64,000 nucleotides of DNA from Amoebidium appalachense (taxonomy: Eukaryota; Protista; Ichthyosporea): positions 7,326,830-7,390,829 of the forward strand of contig CAVNZM010000008.1 of assembly GCA_963693365.1 (NCBI GenBank), in the 5' to 3' direction. The position numbers and the translations under genes are program-made. Below are positions 38,973 to 64,000 of this stretch, one piece after another. The notes below the pieces were generated by a model. It had not been told where the DNA came from, ran no database searches, and worked only from the letters and a program-made list of their open reading frames with translations. Within the stretch, counting starts at the first letter, position 1. Every line of letters begins with the position of its first letter.

Positions 38973-39232
38973 TTCGCCAAGGATTTAGATAGGGGCAACC
39001 CTCCAAATCTAGACGCCACCTCCAATTCGTGAAGCAACTGTATTGTATTGACACTATTTTTTATTAGTTCTATATAATTTTTTGGGTGCCGTTTATAAAT
39101 ATCATTTTTATAACCGGCGCGCAAAAATTATATAGAATTAATAATAAATAGTCTCAACACAATACAGTGGCTTCACGATCTGGAGGTGGCGTCTAGATTT
39201 GGGGGGGTTGCCCCTTTCTAGATCCACGCGAA
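38973..39232. mobile_element. Fold-back palindromic element (MITE-like), ~120-bp arms
   Basis: GGATTTAGATAGGGGCAACCCTCCAAATCTAGACGCCACCTCCA... is mirrored by ...TGGAGGTGGCGTCTAGATTTGGGGGGGTTGCCCCTTTCTAGATCC; complementarity continues almost to the centre (~39100). Confidence 0.75.
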
Positions 39233-39772
39233 GCGGCTCACTGCCTCCCTGCGGCCCGGCTCAACATACCTTGTATGTTGCACTATATGTTGCCGCAGGT
39301 GACCGCGGCGTAGTAGTGCCCGGCCACTTACGTAAGCCAGCGGGTACATAGCCTTGGAGACTAGGTCCCACCACGTCACACTGAGGTCACTGCGCAGGAT
39401 TGGAAACTGCATGTAATTTCTTACCGTATCTCCCTTCTCCCCCCCCCCCCTTCACCCAGACCCAACCCCTACCCCCCTCTCTCACCCCCCTCCCCCCCTT
39501 ACATAGCTGTCCGTCTTTCTCTGTCTGACTCTCTAAAGCAAACATTACCCCTATTGAGCCACGCACACATCTTTTACAATCGCACGCACACAACTTGAGC
39601 ATTTACACGCATTGAAATTGCAGTAGGCGTACCCGGTGAAACCCGCTATAAAAGTGATACAAAATTCGAGCAAATTAATTACTAAATATACATCAATCAA
39701 CCTGTGTATTTCCCAACGCACACCTTCAAACTTGGGAGGCATCTAACAGCGGGCCCACACTGCATGCATAAC

Positions 39773-49798
<10,026 letters not shown>

Positions 49799-50532
49799 AC
49801 TACAACAAGAGATAGTCCGTCTGCATACAGGCTCCCTGGGCTGAATATATTACGAAACAGACAAAAACAATGTATGCACTTTATTGATCTGTAAATAGGT
49901 TTTGTACATATGTGTGTGTGTGTGTCGCATAAGAAAACTCAGTGGTATTAGCTGCCGACACCTTAAATGCACACAATTTCCATTTATGGTTACTTAGCCT
50001 TTGGGACCTGCCCAATTTGCATAAACCTGTAATTGTTATGTCGGCATCAAGCCTTGATCAAGAGCTAGATGTTGAAAGTCAAGGGTTGTTTTGATCGCAT
50101 ATAAATACAACTCAAATCTATGAAAAGATGTGCTTATTGGAACAACCTCCCCCCCCCCCCCTTGAAGCGACAGTGACTATCAAAATGGGTGGTTCATTGA
50201 ATCACATGATGGCATTTCAGACAAATGATTGCGAGCTTGTCAGATTCTTAGTATTAACCACTTAATCAAATCTACCCTTGCGAGCCTCCCTGACTTCTAA
50301 GCTTGTATTAGTATATTAAACGTCATTAGGATTTACTTCCTACGGCCTACTGATTATTGCGCCGCTTATGGCATCTAACAGGATCTTCTATCGTGTAAAA
50401 GGGGTGGTCAATCGTGTAAATTGAGCAGTAGTAGCAACATGTGACTAACAGGCCTTATCTGACTTGAGCCTACAATGAATCCACATGCTCAATCATCTAT
50501 AACACCTGATCTCCCCGTACATTCATTTAGGC

Positions 50533-50581
<49 letters not shown>

Positions 50582-51007
50582 AAAAAAAAAAAAAAAACCA
50601 AAAAAAAACCTAACAAGACCCGGTAATCTGACCCCTCTGTCGATGGTCAATAAGTCTTAGAGCAAAGATTTTAATGAAATAAACACATTCGACAAAACTG
50701 TACGGCACAGTGCTAACTGCATGTCACATTCGGCCCATTGTTTCATATTTTACATATACTTAAAATTCGTAAGTTACTTTGACCACAATCACTAGTGAAA
50801 GGCACATTGTTGATGGGCACCAGCCGATCGATATCTCAACTGAATTGAGATGAGAAGTCAACCTCCCGAGCTGACGGTGTTCACAAAACAAAACAAAACA
50901 AAAAAAAAAAAAAAAAAAAAAAAACGGGGGAAAAAAAAAGGTAAGTGGGCGGCCAGGTTTTCGTCGACGTCCATGTCAGGCTTGAACGTGCATATGCCCG
51001 GTGCTCA

Positions 51008-51099
<92 letters not shown>

Positions 51100-51110
51100 A
51101 TGTGTGTGTG

Positions 51111-51209
<99 letters not shown>

Positions 51210-51222
51210 ATGTGTGTGTGTG

Positions 51223-51256
<34 letters not shown>

Positions 51257-51381
51257 GGGGGGGGGGAGGGGGGGGGGGGGGGGGGGAGGGGCAAGTGGTC
51301 ACGAAAACGAACTATAAAACTGACATTGTGTAGGTGAACTTCACGGTGAAGTACATACTATTGTCCCAGTAGTGACATCAA

Positions 51382-53743
51382 TTAGCGGCCATGTAACTGG
51401 TGGTGGTTGGGTAGGCATGTTCTTGTGCTTGCGCTCAAGTGTACGTACCCTGTGCATGAAGGATACAATGAGCACATCTCTCCATATAGGCACGACTCAC
51501 CACACCAACACAGCGTGACACCCCAAAAAGCAAACACACCGTGTGACACAGACACACAAACATACACACATTATGCATGATACAAGGATAATCATTCCTG
51601 CACTCTCTTCCGAAGTTCCACTCTCTCCCCCCATATAAATATGTTTTTCTAAACAGGTGATAGTGTCATACACAGCTCTCTCTCCCTCTTTCTTCCTCTC
51701 TCTCCTTCTCTCTCCCTCTCTCCCACTCTCTCTCTCCCCTTCTCTCCCTCTCCCTCTGTCCCTCTCTCTCACTCTCCCCCCCCCCCCCCCTTCTCTCCCC
51801 TGCCCCCTCTCTCTTCCCCCCCCCCCCCTCCCCCTCCCCCCACTAAGTGAGTGTGTGTGCGCGCCATGTGTGTGTGGGTGTATAAGCTCCTATATTTGTA
51901 AGGATTGTGAAGGGGCCTACCTCGTGAGTTTAAAGCATGCTGCATGTCCTCCTGTGAGCCGTCAAGGACCCGCCTATTCCAGTTGCATAATTTCGAACAC
52001 GACCGAAGGTCAGCCACCGTCACGTGCACTTGTTCCGCACCACCCACCCTTATGGATTTGCCGGTTGAGTGGCCGGAAATTTGCGCCATGTCCATATTTG
52101 AAAGATTGAACAGCCCCAGGTTGCGCAGGGACGTACGTATACAGCCCAAGAGGGCGGATATGTCGTGGACACGTGGTATGTCGATCAAAGTGACCGAAAC
52201 AACACTGGTGCTTTCCGACAACACAGCGATGCTTGCGATTTCTGGAAGGTCCTCCATACGGACATTAATGGTTGCCTAGCCACTCCGCCGATATCTGCTA
52301 GCTTCTTGCAATGGGTGAGAGAGAGAAACAGCATTCTGGCACATCCAGACAATCCGTTTATGTCTGTGAGTGAGTCGGCGTGGCTGATCTCTACCGATAT
52401 CAACACGGAAGACGTGCACGGTTGTCCGAGGGTGCGAATGGGTACGCTTTGCAAAGAGAGAGTGTCTAGTTTGGGATGACTGGCTAGATTGATCGCATCG
52501 TCTGCCATCTCAACATCAGAGAGCGTAAGGATCCTTAAATCTCTCAATGCTCCAAGCTGACTGGCAGAATCCAACCATTGTAGGTTTTCCAAGTGCAAAT
52601 AGTGGGCAAAAACACTCTGGAGACCAGCCAACAATGCATGCCCTGCAGTTGAAGGCCAAGGGCCGGCGGCTCGTAGAGCGACGAATTTGGCTGCCGTGGA
52701 TGAAAGACAGAACATCCATTCCCTTGCAGGGGAAGCCCCCGAAATTCTTGTAACACTGGTAGATCCGACACATTCCTAAAATCATTCCCAATGGAATAAA
52801 GGTCCAGAATTCGCAGGTCGGTTCATGCAGCAAGCGCACTGCAGCCAACAGCGGCGCCCTTAACACCATCGAGTTTCCCTTCAAATTTGAAATCCAATGG
52901 GTGGTTCTCGCGCAGGCATGTAGAAACTCATCCATAACCGCTGCGGTTTCGTCCGTCCATGTGTCGACAAGTACCGATCGAACGTTAGGGGAGCTCGAGG
53001 CGCGCAAAATTGCACACTCTTGGCCCAGCACTGGTTCTCTGTGGTAATCCGCGTTGATTTCAATTTTCCTGAGGTTTGCATACAGTGCCTGGGGACTCAC
53101 CCGAGGAGTGTACATGCTATTTGTGGTGAGCAAGGCCATGTTTGGGCACAGTGTGAGCGACGACATGACGGCATTTGAGTAACTGTTTACGGTCATAGGT
53201 TCATTCGTCCAATTAGTAACCTCGACTGTGCGCAATTTCGAACCGAGTTTCTCGAGGAAAATATGTACACACGTGTCAAAGTCTCTCATGAGGACATCAT
53301 GTTCCCCCGCCGGTTGATTTCGTCGTATGCCAGCACCAGTCTTGCCATATTAGGCAAGCCGGCCAGTCTCTGTGCCAATAGCCACATCGCGAAAAACGTC
53401 GTGCTGTTTGGCCCCGTGTCTCCGACATCTAGACGCATGATGGCATCGACAACAACTTCCACCTTGCTGATTGCACCCCTCCACGCATCCAAACAACAAA
53501 ATGCCATTGGCTCCAGCCGCCTCTGCTCGTCAGATTCACCGACCAAGCGCAAAATCACCTGTGGTCTGAAACCTTTCTTGAAAGGTCGAGGTGGAATGGT
53601 GACCGTTTCTGGGCTGGGGGTTGATGACCTGGCTAGGTAGGCCATTCGACGGCATGTGAGTGAAAGGGTCGCTCGCTGGCCCAAACTTAGATACCCGATT
53701 ACATGTGCCAAAATCTCGTCGAAGAGGATGGCAATAAAACAAC
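51382..53743 (-). pseudogene. F-box + leucine-rich-repeat protein gene with three frameshifts (pseudogene or consensus errors)
   Basis: After the acceptor CTGCAG at 53744: LFDEILAHVIGYLSLGQRATLSLTCRRM (F-box-like). LRR-like repeats LRDLRILTLSD, PKLDTLSLQS, MLFLSLTHCKKLADI, SLRNLGLFNL are spread over four ORF frames (shifts at ~53305, ~52730, ~52265). Donor at 51920; possible last exon ends at 51382. First exon not identified. Confidence 0.6.
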
Positions 53744-53783
53744 CTGCAGATAGGAAGAACGTGCGGGGGTTAGACTTTTTTTT

Positions 53784-53822
<39 letters not shown>

Positions 53823-53935
53823 AGGGGGAGGGTTTGTCCGTGTGCGTTAAGTCAGGGAAAAGGAAGGGGGAGCTCGACGAAGGAGGGGGTGGCGGGGGGA
53901 GGGGGGGGGGAGGGGGGGAGTACCAGGGGGAAGGT

Positions 53936-53974
<39 letters not shown>

Positions 53975-54324
53975 GGGGCCGGGGGTACCAGGGGAAAGGG
54001 GGTGGTGGGTGAGGATGAAGGGAAAGGATGGGTGGGTCGTGGGGGTGGTTGAGCTTTGCAGGAGGGTTGCCGGTGGGGAGGGGGGGGGGGGGGGGGGGGG
54101 GGAGGCGGGGGGGTAAATGTGGTATAGCCCCAGTATTAGACCGGGAAGGTATAGGCAGAAGGGGGAGAGAGATCGAGAAAGGGGCTTATGTATCTGAGGG
54201 AAGGAGGGGAGTGAGGTGAGATTTAGAAGGGGTATGGGGAGGATGGGGAGTGGGGTAGGGAGAAGCGAGGGGCCATAAAGACAAGGATGTGTGTGTGTGT
54301 GGGGGGGGGGGGGGGGGGGGGGAT

Positions 54325-54367
<43 letters not shown>

Positions 54368-54596
54368 TATTTTAAGTTCATTCATTTTTATCGAGGTCAA
54401 GAGCCCCCTCCTCCACATTCCCTCACTCATTCCCAAATACCACACAGGCACATAGCTTAGTAGCACAAGAGAAAGAGATGAGCGAGGGGAGGTTGGAGAG
54501 TGAGGGAGAGCCGAGAGAGAGTGGGGGAAGAGGGGGGGTGAGGGTGGGGTGGGGGAGCCTCGAGAGAGCCTCGAGAGAGAGAGCCTCGAGAGAGAG

Positions 54597-54673
<77 letters not shown>

Positions 54674-56919
54674 AGCGGGAGAGAGAGGCAGAGAGGGGGG
54701 GGGGGGGGGGGGGGGGAGGGGAGAGGGAGGGGCAGGGGGGTGGGGGAAAGGGGTGTGTGTGGGGGGAAGGATCTCGGGGAAGGGAGAGCCTCGAAAGGAG
54801 TGAGGGAGAGAGAGAAAAAGAAAAAAGTGCTCCCATCCTGCACCCCCTCCCCCCAAAGCTACCCCCACCCTTGCCCACTGTACTTCTACCTCTTCTTTCC
54901 AACGGCCCTCCAACAGCAAACCACAAATATGAGGTACTTCCGCACTCTGCACTTATACAACTCATACTAACATACTAACATACACACACACACACACAAT
55001 TAACAACCAATACCTACACACCAGTAACTCCCACCCCATTTTTAACAATCAAACCGAACCTCCCTCCACTTACTACTCCTCCACCTCATACTTTCACAAG
55101 CTGTGTGCCTAAATGAAACCATTCTGAGCACTCCTACTTTGGGTCGGATCCTCGGCAGTATGTGCGCAGAACGATGCCGAGACATGGCGCCAGAAGAAAT
55201 GTGACGGGGTTTGAGCTGAACTTAAACTAGAGGAAAAGAGAATGCTCCTGTAGATGTCACAGTGGTTGTGGACAACAAAATCGGTAGTCCTAGTCTACGT
55301 CAGCAATGACTAAGAGGCTGATGTTGGTAGAACCTGAAACTTTTAGGTATGAGTGTAACCCCATATATAAAGTTACTCTTCTTCTCAGTCTTCCAGAGAA
55401 ATTTGCATATGCCCCGCATGAAACAATAGGGGTGTTCTTCGTGTGTTCTGGGCTCACATAAATTCGTGACAACGTACGGTGACTCACTGTAAACTTCATC
55501 ATGAAGAGAAACTTCAAAGCAGCTCCACACTACACATGAACCGTTCGTCTAGCTCAAAATCATGACATCATCAAGGTCGTGCAGTCCTTTTCATAGCAGC
55601 ATAAACCATGCTTTGTTGCAGCTGTCACGTGCTAAGAGTTTGATTGGTCATTGGCCCTGCCCGTGTCACCCATTAAGTTTGCCCTCCTCTGGTAACCTGT
55701 GGCCGAGTTGCATTTGTATGCTACTTAACTGACACAATGACATTGTGATTTCAAGTAATATGTATCACCGAATCAGGGACCCATCACATGTGATGGGTAG
55801 TCCATAGGTCACTGTTTAGTTGGTACAAATTTAAATGCTTCCCGCTATTAAAAAGGCATGACGTATGGTGATTGATTAATGAACAACTTTTCTGCCATCC
55901 TCTGAACCGTTACTACCATGATTGGCTACCTGGAACCCGTGACATAAAGGCACGTGGTTTACCTTGTATGGATTGGCGGACACTTTCTTTCAACGTTCAC
56001 ATGGGTTGGGGCACACCGTGCAGTGATTGGGTAACCCTTCCATGCTGGAATGCTGTCATTCCCATGCTTTTTCACTTCAACTTTGGATAGTGACCATGAT
56101 GTCGACACTCTTATCTCAGCACATGATCTGTATATGCACACCTATGTAACTTCAAGTAGTCAATCGCTTCTAACTATATACAGGTTTATCTATAACTGTT
56201 AATTATAGATTTTGCGGTTTCGTGTCACCTGTTTTCGGCAATTTTTTATACTTCAGCCTGCAGTGCTATGCACAGATCGTGCTGGCAGCCTGGCACAGCT
56301 GTCAACTTGAATCTATTTTGCCCCGTATTCCTATTGGCCTAGCACGCACTCTCAACGGCTGCTCCACATGCACGTGCTCATGAGGTGATTCGCTGAATAC
56401 TTGCACAAAATATATGCACGCACGCTCACACTCCCAGGGCTGGCATGCACCGAGACACACGCTCATGCCCGATTGCCCGTCAACTACAAACCATCAGACC
56501 GGCCGATTCTGATATTTAATGATTTTGAGGGTGGTGTGTGTGTGAAGAGAGGGGAGGGGAGGGGAGGGGAGGGGAGGGGGGGGGGGGGGGGGGGGGGGAG
56601 GCTCTGATTCTTCTCTCTTGCACAATCTTTAGTGTCCTTTGTACTTTAAGCCAGTTTTTGTGAAGATTTACGCAACCAGTCTGAGACCATGGTTTCCTTT
56701 AACGTTTAAAAACACATTCACTGAAAAGGAAGAAGACCTCCCCCCCCCCCCCCCCTCCAGGCTACCCTTCCCCTCCTCCCCCCCCCGCCTTCCCCTCCTC
56801 CCCCCCCCCCCCGCCCCCCCTTCCAGCACTCTCTCTCTTCGCCCCCTTCAACCCCCCCCCCCCCCCCCCTTCCCCCCCCACACCACCACCCACCCTTATC
56901 CATTTCTTCCCTTACCTTA

Positions 56920-56965
<46 letters not shown>

Positions 56966-56972
56966 CACGCAC

Positions 56973-57043
<71 letters not shown>

Positions 57044-57409
57044 ACAAAGTATTATAATTTGTGTACAAAAAACGTGCACGTGTGTACACCCGCACATACC
57101 TAGATTTTAAAAAAAGCACGAATCCAGATCGAGCAACGTGTCCGTGTAGTTTTAACCATGAGCTCTTATTGGATACCACAAGATTAGGCAAAAACATGTA
57201 AGTTTAACTTACAGGGAATGTCCCAACCAGGTCAAGGTGTAAGTCCGTTCAAAACCATCAAAATGATGGGGGAAAGCTAATCCATCAAATCTCTTTTGCC
57301 AAATCCGGTGAAGCAATGTAGCTGCTATATCACCGTGTCCATCTATACCTACATATCCTACTACATCAAGTTTTAGATAAACTCAGATATCAACAAATCA
57401 ACGACTAAG

Positions 57410-57605
57410 GGTTCACACAGACCACGTACCCCGTCAGACTAGCAAAATTTAGCCGCCGCCGGCTAAGATTGCTATGGTATATGACGTCGCACCGATCTGC
57501 TACCATATTTAGTTAGAAAGCGGTAAACGTCAAATGCCATAGCAATCTTAGCCGGCGGCGGCTAAATTTTGCTAGTCTGACCGGGTACGTAGTCTGTTTT
57601 GAACC
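57410..57605. mobile_element. Hairpin/MITE-like element with ~71-bp near-perfect inverted arms
   Basis: 57417-57487 versus the reverse complement of 57527-57597 differ at 4 positions; ~39 nt spacer; GGTTCA/TGAACC extends the arms outward. Confidence 0.75.
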
Positions 57606-57687
57606 ATTGTTCCTTAATTGAAACAAATATCACTTCCCTTTCCCCCTTTCTGCCCCGGCCAAAAAAGAAAGAAAGAAAGAAACAGGG

Positions 57688-57718
<31 letters not shown>

Positions 57719-58195
57719 AACAGCCTCAATTCCAGACTATCCAATGTGATATGCTGTTATAACAAATCAAGGGGGTGTTTTGTTTTGGATGCGTACATGT
57801 GCACTATATCTCTCGGCCTCTTTCGTTTCCAAAACCCTCCCTAGACACCTTCTCTCAATCCCCCCCCTCCCCCCCCCTCCCCCCCCCCCCCCCTCCCCCC
57901 CGCTCCCCCCTCCCCCTTTGCACGCACTCAGTTTCTTAAAAAAAAAAAAAAAAGGAAGAGCAAGAAACATGGTGCGGGGACATATGGAGTGAAAGCTAAA
58001 ATAGGGAAGTAAAAAGGGCACACTTTAAGTAACAGCCAGTCGCGTGTGAGGAGAAGAAGTGACATTGACCCGACACCTCAAAAAGGGGACGGGGGAGTGA
58101 AGTCGCCAATCTGCCCCGCCGTGAGCTCGATTTGCCCCCCTTCCGCCTTTGCCACCGACGACGGTTGCCGTTTCGCAGACGTGATACTCAGCAAA

Positions 58196-64000
<5,805 letters not shown>

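Noticed and set aside
55100-56500. Microsatellite-poor stretch with short ORFs
   Set aside because: No homology signal, splice chain or repeat structure that I can support.

Overview
Eukaryotic, intron-rich genomic DNA saturated with poly-C/poly-G, (CA)n/(GT)n and (CT)n tracts; a unicellular opisthokont/holozoan origin is my inference. Nearly all ORFs in the supplied track are repeat artefacts. By manual splicing I reconstruct five genes: (1) a minus-strand RING-finger + acidic + HMG-box gene running off the left edge; (2) head-to-head with it, a 28-exon FANCJ/BRIP1 Fe-S helicase (6069-30958); (3) a single-pass-membrane NmrA-like gene (39773-49798); (4) a frameshifted F-box/LRR gene; (5) a Protor/PRR5-like (HbrB) gene running off the right edge. 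The most striking signal is a ~400-450 bp, highly structured, non-coding repeat inside FANCJ introns (one solo copy, one tandem pair, many decayed fragments, all those found being sense to the host gene). It contains every element of a hammerhead ribozyme (GUH, GAAA, CUGANGA and three in-register stems), but with the strands in a non-circularly permuted order: a candidate retrozyme-like element with a rearranged hammerhead. Activity is predicted from sequence only. Also notable are frequent GC-AG introns, acceptors with no polypyrimidine tract, and an E2F/CDE-CHR-like motif in the bidirectional promoter. Several frameshifts at homopolymers indicate residual consensus errors, so single-base claims near repeats need read-level checking.
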